DNA of 64,000 nt from an uncultured Gemmatimonadaceae bacterium (lineage in GTDB: Bacteria > Gemmatimonadota > Gemmatimonadetes > Gemmatimonadales > Gemmatimonadaceae), in the NCBI GenBank assembly GCA_963761305.1, contig CAVXGK010000002.1, positions 2,976,001-3,040,000 on the forward strand, in the 5' to 3' direction. Below are positions 49,250 through 58,850 of this stretch, in pieces (the stretch's first letter is position 1; the number at the start of each line of letters is the position of its first letter). Position numbers and translations under genes: made by a program. The notes beneath the pieces are model-generated. The model was given only the letters and a program-made list of their open reading frames with translations. It had not been told where the DNA came from and made no database searches.

Positions 49250-51680
49250 TGATCTTCGATTTTCCCTGCGCGAGATTCGCCGGCACGTCGTAGCGCGCGT
49301 CGAAGAATCCCGTCGCCGTTCGATTCGCTTCGTATCGTCCGATCGACGTGCCATCGACGTCGATCTCGAAATTGCCGAGCGCCGGCGGCAGGCCGATTTC
49401 GTTGAAGTACGTGACGACGATTGCCGTCGGCGACGCGGGATTCACGGCGAGGTCATACGAGAACCAGCCCGTGCCGGCGCGCGAGGGTCGGCCGTTGGTG
49501 CGCGCGACCGGCCGATCGGCGGGATCGCTCTTGTAGCCGAAGTTCGGCTCGGCTTGTTGGTCGCCGGGGCGAATGTAGGCGACGGTCGCGGCCTCCATGC
49601 GCCGCACACGTTCGCGCTCCGCCGCCAGCGCTGCGACGCGCGCGTCGAAGTCGCTTGGCGTGACGACGTCGAAATAGACGCTGTACGTGCGCTCGTGCGT
49701 TCGATAGAACGGCGTGAGCGAAACGTCTCCGGCCTGCGCCGGCTGCGTGATCGACCGCGCGACCTGTTTGACCTGGAAGTCGCCCTGGCGCGCTCCGGGT
49801 AGGACCCACTCGCTAGTGGAACGCTCGGCGGCGACGAGGAAGGGCGCCGGTTGTCCCGGCGCGCCTTCGCCACGCGACTCACGACGCGCGCCGAGGTCGC
49901 CGGCCAGCACGAGCGGACCCCACATGATGGCGGCGACGCGCTTGTCGTCCGGTGTCGGCTCGAGCCGCACGGTCTTGGGCAATGTGAGCTCGACCGTGTC
50001 GCCGTCGTTCCACGTGCGCGAAATCTCGACGAACGACCCGGCTTGCGGCAGCGAATCCTCGTTGCCCATCAAACGGCCGCCGGCCGCGCCGGCGCGCAGA
50101 CTCGCGAGCGGCGGAACGTCGACCGGCGTGCCGTTCACTTTCACGGTGAATCCGTCGCCGGCCCACGCCGGTCGGCGAATCGTCAGCGTGAACTTCGCCG
50201 GTTTGGGCAGCGTGAGCGCGAGCTTCGCCGAATCGCCGTCGGGGAATGTCGTCTCCTGGGCAACACGCGCGCCGGCGAGTTTGAACTTTGCCGTCGACGG
50301 CATGAACAAGTTTACCCACAGCGTGTCGTCAGACTCGTAGTAGACGCCATAGCCGTGCAGCGCGTGATTCTCCATGCCGGTGCCGACGCAGCAGGTGAAG
50401 CTCTGCTCCATGTTCTGGTATTCCTGCTGCACGCCGCGTCCGACGGGCACCATGTACGACATGCGCGCGTTGGCCGGGTCCATCGACGCCAGCACGTGGT
50501 TGAACAACACGCGCTCCTGAAAGTCGGCGTAGAAGGGATCGGGCCGGAACGAGAACAGCCGGCGCGTGAGCTTGAGCATGTTGTAACAGTTGCACGACTC
50601 ACACGTGCGGCCGTCGACGCGCGAGCCGAGTTGGTCGGCGGGCCCGAAGTATTCGGCGTTGCCCTGCCCACCCGTCGCGTACGTGTGGTGCTCGACCGCG
50701 CGGTCGAAGAACGTCGACGCGGCGAGAATGTCGCCCGTGTCGCCCGTGTAGCCGTAGCGGGCGGCGGAGCCTATGAGCTTCGGGATCTGGCAGTTCACGT
50801 GCTTGCCGGCGAGGTTGTCCTGCCCGCGCTTGAGCGCGTCGGTGAACGCGCGGTGCTCGAACCGGTACGAGAGGTCGAGCCAGCGTTTGTCGCCGGTGTC
50901 GACGTAGAGATCGGCGAGCACCTCGTTCATGCCGCCGTGCTCGGTGTTGAGCATCTTCTGAATCTGCGCGTCGGTCAGCGGCGCGAGCACGCCCTCGGCC
51001 CACGCGGCGAACTTCGTCTCGACGACGAGCGCCGTCTTGTCGCCGGTGAAGCGGTACGCGTCGCGCAGCCCGGCGTACGTCTTGTGCAGCGTGTACCACG
51101 GCGACCAAAGACCATTGAGGTCGAACGCGGCCGAACGAATCTCGCCGCGTGACAGCGCGGCGAATGACTCGCGGCCGTTTTCCAGCGCGCTCAAGTAGCC
51201 GTCGCCGTTCTTGTCCTGCACTTCCTTCAATTCGCGCACGATGTAGGTCGCGCGTTCCTTGAACCGCTCATCACCCGTCGCCGCGTACATCAGGCTCACG
51301 GCCGAGAGGTGGTGTCCCGCGATGTGACCGGTGAGATTCCGTCCGCCGCCGTCCCAACCCGCGTACGGTTGACCCTTCTGCGCGAGACCGGCGCGCACCC
51401 TATAGAAGGCCAGCATGCGGTCGGGTTCGAGCGACAGCAGATACTTGGCGTCGGCGTCCTGCGCGAGCTTGGCCGGCCCGCCCGTGACGCGCACGTCGGT
51501 CAGCGGAACGGGTCGCGCTCGAAGAAGTTTGTCTTCGATCTCTCTCGCGGGGCCTGCGACCTCCGAGCTGTTTGGCGCGATCGTCTCAGCGCGCGATTCG
51601 TGCGTGAGAGGACCGAGCGTGAGCGCGGCCGCGGCTGCCGCGGAGGTCTGGAGAAAATCGCGACGATTTTGAGGGCCCAT
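49167..51680 (-). CDS. GH127-family (beta-L-arabinofuranosidase-like) glycoside hydrolase, Tat-exported
   Basis: NRRDFLQ, GHIAGHHLSA, PWYTLHK, EHGGMNE, CESCNCYNMLKL, FTCCVGTG. Confidence 0.9.
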   Translation of the reverse strand: MGPQNRRDFLQTSAAAAAALTLGPLTHESRAETIAPNSSEVAGPAREIEDKLLRARPVPLTDVRVTGGPAKLAQDADAKYLLSLEPDRMLAFYRVRAGLAQKGQPYAGWDGGGRNLTGHIAGHHLSAVSLMYAATGDERFKERATYIVRELKEVQDKNGDGYLSALENGRESFAALSRGEIRSAAFDLNGLWSPWYTLHKTYAGLRDAYRFTGDKTALVVETKFAAWAEGVLAPLTDAQIQKMLNTEHGGMNEVLADLYVDTGDKRWLDLSYRFEHRAFTDALKRGQDNLAGKHVNCQIPKLIGSAARYGYTGDTGDILAASTFFDRAVEHHTYATGGQGNAEYFGPADQLGSRVDGRTCESCNCYNMLKLTRRLFSFRPDPFYADFQERVLFNHVLASMDPANARMSYMVPVGRGVQQEYQNMEQSFTCCVGTGMENHALHGYGVYYESDDTLWVNLFMPSTAKFKLAGARVAQETTFPDGDSAKLALTLPKPAKFTLTIRRPAWAGDGFTVKVNGTPVDVPPLASLRAGAAGGRLMGNEDSLPQAGSFVEISRTWNDGDTVELTLPKTVRLEPTPDDKRVAAIMWGPLVLAGDLGARRESRGEGAPGQPAPFLVAAERSTSEWVLPGARQGDFQVKQVARSITQPAQAGDVSLTPFYRTHERTYSVYFDVVTPSDFDARVAALAAERERVRRMEAATVAYIRPGDQQAEPNFGYKSDPADRPVARTNGRPSRAGTGWFSYDLAVNPASPTAIVVTYFNEIGLPPALGNFEIDVDGTSIGRYEANRTATGFFDARYDVPANLAQGKSKITVRFQSASGNARIVPIFGVRVVRANEL

Positions 51681-51732
51681 GCGGATCAGTCTGTGGCCCG
51701 CACGCCGCGACCGCAAGCCAGGGCGTCGACGA

Positions 51733-52569
51733 CTATTTCGTGCCCGCCGCCACGGCGATGATCGGAGCGGTCGTCGGCTGCGGCGAGCCACCCGACGCCT
51801 CTTCGGTGACCGCCACGGCGCTCAGCGAATCGCGGGCGAGCGCGTACGTCGCGCGGACGACGGCTTCGCCGCCCTGCGGATCGAACGTGCCGGCGCTGAT
51901 CTTGGCGCCCGCGGCGGTCACGAGCCACAGCTGGTAGGTGCGTCCAGGCTTCAAGTTGGGCATGTCGTGCGCGACGAACGTCCACGTGTTCTTGGTCTTG
52001 TCCCAGAACATGCGAGCGAAGGGCGCATTGGCGCCGCTCTTGGTGAGCGTCATGACGGCGACGTCGCGACCGGTGATCGCCGCCAGCATGTTATCGCGCG
52101 CCAGCATCGCGACGCGCAATGAATCCGTGGTCCGCTGCGCCGCGGCGACCCGCGCTGCCTGGCCGCTCAACGATTCGCGCAGCACTTGCCGATCGCGCAG
52201 AATGAACGCGAGCACGGCGACGCTGGCGACGAGCATGACGCTGGCCGCCGCCGCGACCCACTCGGCGCGCCGCCACGCCAACGAGCTGATGACGAGCGAC
52301 CGGTCGCGGATGATCTGCTTTTCCGCCTCGGCGCGCGCCATGAGACTCGAACGAATGCGCTGGCGGCTGGCGCCCGCCGTTCCCAGCGACGGCGTGGCCG
52401 CGTAGGCGAGCTGCGCCGCCGTCGCGTGGAGCGACGCCAGCTCTTCGCGGCACGGAATGCACGTCGACACGTGCGCGACCACCGCTTCGCGCTCCGATGC
52501 GTCGAGGGCATCGAGCGCCAGGGCATCGAGCGCCGCGAACGCTTCGTCGTGCGTCATCTCGCGGCTCAC
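51733..52569 (-). CDS. RskA-like anti-sigma factor
   Basis: ALDALD..HVSTCIPC, TM, C-terminal YQLWL..SAGTF..AVTEE..GGSPQPT. Confidence 0.88.
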   Translation of the reverse strand: MSREMTHDEAFAALDALALDALDASEREAVVAHVSTCIPCREELASLHATAAQLAYAATPSLGTAGASRQRIRSSLMARAEAEKQIIRDRSLVISSLAWRRAEWVAAAASVMLVASVAVLAFILRDRQVLRESLSGQAARVAAAQRTTDSLRVAMLARDNMLAAITGRDVAVMTLTKSGANAPFARMFWDKTKNTWTFVAHDMPNLKPGRTYQLWLVTAAGAKISAGTFDPQGGEAVVRATYALARDSLSAVAVTEEASGGSPQPTTAPIIAVAAGTK

Positions 52570-53195
52570 GTGAGGGCCCCGCGCAGGGGACTCAATCGCT
52601 CCCGCAGCTTTTGCAGCGCGAGTCGCATCCGCGTCTTGATCGTGCCGAGCGGCTGCCCGGTTTGCTCGGCGATCTCAGATTGACTCAACCCGCCGAAGTA
52701 TCCCAGCTCGAGCGCCTCGCGCTGCTCGGTAGGAAGATCGGCCAGCGCGGCGCGCACCAACTGACTGCGCTCAGCGTGCTCGGCGTCGGCGAGTGGATCG
52801 CTCGGCGCGGCCGGCGCCGGCGCCGACGTGTCGGCTTCGGCGGCGGCGACCAGCGGATCCTCACGGAGCCGTCGTCGCGCGCGAAGGCGGTCGAGGGCGC
52901 GGCTACGCGCGATGGTGAGTAGCCACGTTTGCACCGAGCCCCGCTCGGGCTCGAACCGCTCCGCTTGTCGCCACGCTTGCCAGAACGCTTCCTCCACGAC
53001 GTCCTCCACGTCATCCGGCGATTCGAGCATTCGCGAAACCACGCCGTGGACGACTGGGAACCACCGGTCGTAGAACGTGCCCAGCGCGCGCTCGTCTTTT
53101 GAACGCATGAGCTTGACCAGCTCGACGTCCGCGCCAGGGCCGGCCAAGCCGAAATCGCGCGTGGCATCCACGGGAGAGCCGGACGCGCTCTTCAT
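52566..53195 (-). CDS. ECF sigma factor (SigK-like)
   Basis: DERALGTFYDR, RGSVQTWLLTIARSRALD, YFGGLSQSEIA..PLGTIKTRMR. Start at 53195 or 53234. Confidence 0.92.
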   Translation of the reverse strand: MKSASGSPVDATRDFGLAGPGADVELVKLMRSKDERALGTFYDRWFPVVHGVVSRMLESPDDVEDVVEEAFWQAWRQAERFEPERGSVQTWLLTIARSRALDRLRARRRLREDPLVAAAEADTSAPAPAAPSDPLADAEHAERSQLVRAALADLPTEQREALELGYFGGLSQSEIAEQTGQPLGTIKTRMRLALQKLRERLSPLRGALT

Positions 53196-53312
53196 CGTGG
53201 AGGGGTACGTCTCCGACTTGGAGGCCGGATTCATCGCCGCGAATGTACCCGCGGCTCCAAGCCGCCGCCATCCGAGGGGTCATTGGGGGGCCGTCGTTAA
53301 ATTACGTTTCAG

Positions 53313-54578
53313 GTGGCTCACGATCCGTATGCGGCCCTCCGCGTAAAGAATTACCGGCGGTTCATCGTCTCGACGCTGACGATGACCCTGTCGTCGCAGA
53401 TTCAGGGCGTCGTCGTCGCGTGGCAGATCTACGCCCTCACGCACGACCCGCTGTCGCTCGGGCTGATGGGCCTAGCCGAGGCGCTGCCTTACGTGGGCGT
53501 CGCGCTGTTCGCGGGCCATGTCGCGGACAAGTTCAGCCGGCACCGCATCTCCATCGCCTCGCTCGCGGTGCTCCTGGCCTGCTCGCTTTCCCTTCTCACG
53601 TTCAACCTGATTCCGGGATTCCTGCCGCGGTTCGGGGCGCTGCCGTTCTACGTCGTCATCTTCACCAGTGGCATCGCGCGCAGCTTCCTCCAACCGGCGC
53701 GCAATGCGCTCGGCGCGGAGATCGTCGACCGCAAGCTCTACGCGAACGCCGTTGCGTGGCGATCGTCCACGTGGCAAACCGGGGCGGTCGTGGGTCCGGC
53801 CATCGGCGGGCTGATCTACGGTTTTTCATCGCCGCGTGTCGCGTACGTCACCGATGCGATCATGATGATCGTCGCGCTCGCGATGTTCTCGACGATCGAC
53901 TATGTCCATCGGCCGATCCAGGACACGCAGTCGATCGGACAGAGCCTCGGTTCCGGGCTGCGATTCGTCTTCCGCGAATCGGTGCTGCTCTCCGCGCTGA
54001 CGCTGGACCTGTTCTCGGTGTTGCTCGGCGGCGCGGAAGCACTGCTGCCTGTGTTCGCCGACCAGATACTGCACGTGGGCCCGCAGGGACTCGGCCTGTT
54101 GCGCGCGGCGCCGGCCGCGGGCGCCGTCGTCGCGTCGGTGTACTTGGCGCACCGGGCGCCGTTCAAGCGCGCCGGACGCACGCTGCTCATCGCGGTCGCG
54201 ACGTTCGCGCTATGCATCGTCGGCTTCGGCTTCTCGCGCAGCTTCGTTCTTTCGCTCGGGCTGCTGGCGATCAGTGGCGTGGCAGACAACGTCAGCGTGC
54301 TCATTCGATCGACGCTGCTCCAGGTGCTCACGCCTCGCGAGATGTTCGGCCGGGTGTCGGCCGTGAACTCGATCTTTGTGGGATCGTCGAACGAGCTGGG
54401 CGCGTTCGAGTCCGGCGTGACGGCCCGATTGCTCGGGCCGGTTCCGTCGGTGGTGCTGGGCGGCCTGGCGTCGCTCGGCGTGGTCGTCACGATCGGGTGG
54501 TGGGTCCCGAGGCTGCGGCGGCTGGGACGGATCGACGAACTGACCACGAGTCCCGGTCCGGCCACCGCGATCGTTTGA
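53313..54578 (+). CDS. MFS transporter (EntS/DHA3-like)
   Basis: WQIYALTHDPLSLG, LDLFSVLLGGAEALLP, GRVSAVNSIFVGSSNELGAFESG. Confidence 0.9.
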   Translation: MAHDPYAALRVKNYRRFIVSTLTMTLSSQIQGVVVAWQIYALTHDPLSLGLMGLAEALPYVGVALFAGHVADKFSRHRISIASLAVLLACSLSLLTFNLIPGFLPRFGALPFYVVIFTSGIARSFLQPARNALGAEIVDRKLYANAVAWRSSTWQTGAVVGPAIGGLIYGFSSPRVAYVTDAIMMIVALAMFSTIDYVHRPIQDTQSIGQSLGSGLRFVFRESVLLSALTLDLFSVLLGGAEALLPVFADQILHVGPQGLGLLRAAPAAGAVVASVYLAHRAPFKRAGRTLLIAVATFALCIVGFGFSRSFVLSLGLLAISGVADNVSVLIRSTLLQVLTPREMFGRVSAVNSIFVGSSNELGAFESGVTARLLGPVPSVVLGGLASLGVVVTIGWWVPRLRRLGRIDELTTSPGPATAIV

Positions 54579-54761
54579 GTGGAATCCATTGGCGACCAAT
54601 CATCAATTGGTAGCGTTCTGAGCAATCGAAGTCGACACAAACGGTTGCTTCTGTATCGATTTCGACCGACCGCGCGCTGAGAATTGCATTTTCTGCACGT
54701 TTTGCAGTACATTCCGCATTCGCAGCCCTGACCGCCACTCCAATGCGAGGGACCGTTCGCA

Positions 54762-56981
54762 ATGCCCGCGTCCAACCTGTCCGCCCGTAAGACCGTCATC
54801 CGCGAAATTACCGAACGCGAGGTGAAAACCGACGCGCTCGGCGACGATGGCGCGCTTCCGCGCACCTCCGAGTACTTCGGGATGAACACGTTCGGCGTGC
54901 GGCAGATGCGCGACCGGCTGCCGCGCGACACGTACAACAAGCTCCTCGACGCCGTTCGCCACGGGAAAAAGCTCGATGTCGACATCGCGCCCCGCGTGGC
55001 GCAGGCGGTCAAGGAGTGGGCGATCAGCCGCGGCGCGACGCACTTCACGCATTGGTTCCAGCCACAGACCGGCCTCACGGCCGAAAAGCACGACGCGTTC
55101 TTGTCGTTCGACGACGGCCAGCCGATGGAATCGTTCGGCGCCTCGCAGCTGATCCAGAGCGAGCCGGACGCGTCGAGCTTCCCGTCGGGCGGGCTTCGCG
55201 CGACGTGGGAGGCGCGCGGCTACACGGCCTGGAATCCCGCGAGCCCGGTGTTCATCGCCGAGTGGGCGGGCGTGAAGACGCTGTGCATTCCCTCGGTGTT
55301 CGTCGGCTACCACGGCGAAGCGCTCGACGAAATGACGCCGCTGTTGCGCAGCTCGGACGCGCTCTCGGCGAGAGCCATCGAGCTGCTGGAGCTGCTGGGC
55401 GACCGCGGCGTCTATCGCGTGTTCACGACCCTCGGCCCCGAGCAGGAGTACTTCCTCATCGACCGCGCGCACTTCGCGCTTCGGCCTGATCTCGTGATGG
55501 CCGGTCGCACGCTCATCGGCGCGCCGCCGCCGCGCGGACAGCAGCTCGAGGACCACTATTTCGGCGGAATCCCGGAGCGCATTCAGGCGTGCATCGCCGA
55601 GGTCGAGCACGAGCTGTACAAGCTCGGCGTGCCGATCATCACGCGTCACAACGAAGTCGCGCCGAGCCAGTTCGAGATGGCTCCGCGCTACGAGGAGACC
55701 GACGTCGCGGTCGATCACAATCAGCTCGTGATGGCGACGTTGCGCCGTGTCGCGCTTCGCCACGGACTGCAGGCGTTGTTGCACGAGAAGCCGTTCGCAG
55801 GGATCAACGGATCGGGCAAGCACTGCAACTGGTCGATGTCGATCGCGGCCGACAACCACGATCTCGACGGCTACAACCTTCTGATGCCCGGACAGACGCC
55901 GCACCAGAACATTCGCTTCCTCGTCTTCCTCGCCGCGGTGCTGCGCGCCGTGCACAAGCACGCCGGGCTGCTGCGCGCGGGCATCGGCACGAGCGGCAAC
56001 GAGCACCGGCTCGGCGCGAACGAAGCGCCGCCGGCGATCATCTCGGTGTTCATGGGCGGCATGCTCACGAAGGTCATCGACGCGATCGCGTCGGGGAAGA
56101 ACGCCACCAGCGCCGAGCACGAGATGATCAAGCTCGGCGTGGCACGGCTGCCGGAAATCGAAAAGGACAACACGGACCGCAACCGCACGTCGCCGTTCGC
56201 CTTCACCGGCGCGAAGTTCGAGTTCCGCGCCGTGGGCTCGTCGCAGTCGATCGCGTTTCCGATCGTGCTGCTCAACGCGGCCGTCGCCGAGGCGATCAGC
56301 GAGATCACCGCGGCGCTGCGCGCGGAGCTCAAGAAGACCAAGAAGGTGGACGACGCGGTGCTCAAGGTCGTGCGTCCGATCTTCAAGGAGACGTCGCCCG
56401 TTCGCTTCGAGGGCAACAACTACTCGGACGAGTGGGTGAAGGACGCCGCGAAGCGCGGTCTCCCGAATCTGCGCCGCACGCCCGAGTCGCTCATGCAGCT
56501 CGTGACGAAGCAGTCGGAAAAGCTGCTCACGTCGCTCGGCATCCTGAGCGCGGAAGAGCTGCACTCGCGCTATCACGTTCGGCTCGAGCGCTACGTCAAG
56601 GACATGCTGATCGAGCTGCACACGATTCGCGAGATGGTGGACACGATCGTGCTGCCGGCGGCGCTCGAGTACTCCGGAAGCCTGGTCGCGGCCGCCGCGA
56701 GCGCCAAGACGGCGGGGATCAAGTCGATTCCACAGATTGCGGAAGCCAACAAGCTCGGTGCGTCGATCGCCGACCTGCAGAAGCACCGCGCGACACTCGG
56801 CAAGGTGATCGACAAGGCCGAGTCGATGCACGACGCCATCGAGAAGCAGGCGCAACTCCTGACCAGCGACGGCGCCGAAGCGATGGCCGAGGTACGACGC
56901 TGCTGCGACGAGTTGGAGCTGTCGGTGAACGACGAGCTGTGGCCGCTACCGAAGTACCGGGAGATGCTGTTCCCGGTGTGA
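54762..56981 (+). CDS. glnA: Glutamine synthetase type III
   Basis: ATHFTHWFQP, TAEKHDAF, EPDASSFPSGG, HNEVAP, HEKPFAGINGSGKH, HRLGANEAPP, DRNRTSPFAFTG, WPLPKYREMLF; 739 aa. Confidence 0.96.
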   Translation: MPASNLSARKTVIREITEREVKTDALGDDGALPRTSEYFGMNTFGVRQMRDRLPRDTYNKLLDAVRHGKKLDVDIAPRVAQAVKEWAISRGATHFTHWFQPQTGLTAEKHDAFLSFDDGQPMESFGASQLIQSEPDASSFPSGGLRATWEARGYTAWNPASPVFIAEWAGVKTLCIPSVFVGYHGEALDEMTPLLRSSDALSARAIELLELLGDRGVYRVFTTLGPEQEYFLIDRAHFALRPDLVMAGRTLIGAPPPRGQQLEDHYFGGIPERIQACIAEVEHELYKLGVPIITRHNEVAPSQFEMAPRYEETDVAVDHNQLVMATLRRVALRHGLQALLHEKPFAGINGSGKHCNWSMSIAADNHDLDGYNLLMPGQTPHQNIRFLVFLAAVLRAVHKHAGLLRAGIGTSGNEHRLGANEAPPAIISVFMGGMLTKVIDAIASGKNATSAEHEMIKLGVARLPEIEKDNTDRNRTSPFAFTGAKFEFRAVGSSQSIAFPIVLLNAAVAEAISEITAALRAELKKTKKVDDAVLKVVRPIFKETSPVRFEGNNYSDEWVKDAAKRGLPNLRRTPESLMQLVTKQSEKLLTSLGILSAEELHSRYHVRLERYVKDMLIELHTIREMVDTIVLPAALEYSGSLVAAAASAKTAGIKSIPQIAEANKLGASIADLQKHRATLGKVIDKAESMHDAIEKQAQLLTSDGAEAMAEVRRCCDELELSVNDELWPLPKYREMLFPV

Positions 56982-56988
56982 GGTCGCG

Positions 56989-57510
56989 GTGACTGGACAA
57001 AGACGGGAGATTGGCATTCGTCAGGCAGTCGATGCCGATCTTCAGAAGGTGGCGGCGATTCTCAACCGTGAGATCGCCGCCTCGTCGTTTGTGTATGCCG
57101 ACGAACCTGTGACGCTCGATGAGCGTCGCCGATGGCTGGCAATGCATCGTGAGGCGAACCTGCCGGTGCTGATCGCCACCGACGAGACGAGCACGGTCGT
57201 CGGCTGGGCGTCGCTGTCGCCGTACCGGAAGTCGAGCGGGTATCGGTTCACGGCCGAGGCGAGCGTCTACGTCGAAGCTGAGGACCGACGGTGCGGGGTT
57301 GCCGCACGACTGCTCGCCGCGCTGTTCGACAGTCCGGCCGGTGTCCGGACACACGCGACCGTCGCCAGCATCGACGCCGACAACGCGCCGAGCATCGCGC
57401 TCTTCGAGCGCTATGGCTTTCGAGAGGTGGCTCGGCTGCCCGAAGTCGGGCGCAAATTCGACCAGTGGCGCACTCAGTTGTTGTTTCTTCGCACCCGCAA
57501 AGCCGGCTGA
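56989..57510 (+). CDS. GNAT acetyltransferase of Pat/MddA(YncA) type
   Basis: VVGWASLSPYR..YRFTAEASVYV, NAPSIALFERYGF..EVGRKFDQW. Confidence 0.85.
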   Translation: MTGQRREIGIRQAVDADLQKVAAILNREIAASSFVYADEPVTLDERRRWLAMHREANLPVLIATDETSTVVGWASLSPYRKSSGYRFTAEASVYVEAEDRRCGVAARLLAALFDSPAGVRTHATVASIDADNAPSIALFERYGFREVARLPEVGRKFDQWRTQLLFLRTRKAG

Positions 57511-57582
57511 CCGGGCTGTCGCTCGAGGTCGACCAGCGCCATTTTCGAGGCGATTTTCGTCCCTAGCCCCGAGGTCGGGCGC

Positions 57583-58839
57583 GTGGCACACGACGTATTC
57601 ATCAGCTACTCGAATCTTGATCGCACCGTTGCCGACGCGGCGGTCGCGGTGCTCGAACAACGCGGCATCCGATGCTGGATCGCCCCGCGCAACGTCACGC
57701 CGGGGCTCGACTGGAGCGAGGAGATCATCGAGGCGATCGAGCGCTCTGCGGTCATGGTGCTCGTTCTGTCGGCGCACGCGAACGACTCGCAGCAGATCAA
57801 GCGTGAGGTCGAGCGAGCGGTCCATCGCGGAATTCCGATCATTCCGTTCCGCATCGAAGACGTGCCACTGTCCAAGGCGCTCGAGTTTTTCATCAGCTCG
57901 CCGCACTGGCTCGACGCGCTCACGCCGCCGCTCGAGGAACATCTTCAGTATCTCGCGGACACGGTGCAGCTCCTCCTCGAGCGCCGCGGAGGCGCCGGCG
58001 GCATTGGCAGGAAGCCGGGTTCGACCGACCAGATCCGCAAGCGAAGCGCGCAACGGCGACAGTGGGGCGAGGTCAAACGAAAGGCGCGCCTGGCCGCATA
58101 CGGCGTCGCCGCGCTCGCGATCGTCGGTGTCGGCGCGTGGGCGTGGGGGCGGTTCGGCGATCGGCTGACGAACGGCGACGCCACGCCGCCGCGCTCAGGG
58201 AGCGGGAATCCCGGCATCGATTCGCTGCTCAGCAGAGTGCCGAACGGCGGCGCGCCGTCGCAACAGGGCGAATCGGGCGCCGTCGATCATGGACTCGTCG
58301 GCACGTGGCAGACGACGACCAACGTCAACGGCCAGCTGCTGCAGACGAAAATGGCGATCAATTCCGACGGCGCGTACCACCTCGACAACGTCATCGCCGA
58401 CAGTGGGCGATTTCTCGTGACGGGCCAGCAGCGCTATCGCATGCTGCCGCAGAACGGCGGCACGATCGATCTCACCGACTCCGGCATCGACGCGTCGCGC
58501 ATGGTCCTCACCGGCCCGCTCGGCACACAAACGTGGACGCGCGTCGGCTTCCCGACCAACAGCCGCTATCCGGTGATCGGCGATTGGCGCACGACCACCG
58601 TGACGAGCGGCGTGACGTGGCAGGTGGAGTTCACCGTCGAAGACCGCCACTGGCAGTACCATCTCACCTCGACCAGCGTCGACGACGGCTCGATCAGCGC
58701 ACACAACGGACAGTGGACGACGCGATCGCGTACGCTCGGCGGCGTCACGGCCACCGGCACGTACATGGTCGCCGACCGATCGAGCATGACACTCAACGGC
58801 CCGCCGTTCGGCGTCACGAACTGGACGCGTCTGCGCTGA
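57583..58839 (+). CDS. TIR-domain protein with one TM segment and a duplicated beta-rich C-terminal domain
   Basis: HDVFISYS, RCWIAPR, W.EEIIEAI, SQQIKREVERA, PIIPFRIE; TM LAAYGVAALAIVGVGAWAW; two ~85-aa repeats. Confidence 0.9.
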   Translation: MAHDVFISYSNLDRTVADAAVAVLEQRGIRCWIAPRNVTPGLDWSEEIIEAIERSAVMVLVLSAHANDSQQIKREVERAVHRGIPIIPFRIEDVPLSKALEFFISSPHWLDALTPPLEEHLQYLADTVQLLLERRGGAGGIGRKPGSTDQIRKRSAQRRQWGEVKRKARLAAYGVAALAIVGVGAWAWGRFGDRLTNGDATPPRSGSGNPGIDSLLSRVPNGGAPSQQGESGAVDHGLVGTWQTTTNVNGQLLQTKMAINSDGAYHLDNVIADSGRFLVTGQQRYRMLPQNGGTIDLTDSGIDASRMVLTGPLGTQTWTRVGFPTNSRYPVIGDWRTTTVTSGVTWQVEFTVEDRHWQYHLTSTSVDDGSISAHNGQWTTRSRTLGGVTATGTYMVADRSSMTLNGPPFGVTNWTRLR

Positions 58840-58850
58840 TCTCGCGCGGG

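Noticed and set aside
54600..54760. Sigma54 promoter or glutamine riboswitch upstream of GSIII
   Set aside because: No correctly spaced GG-N10-GC within a TGGCAC-N5-TTGC context was found, and no riboswitch consensus was recognisable.
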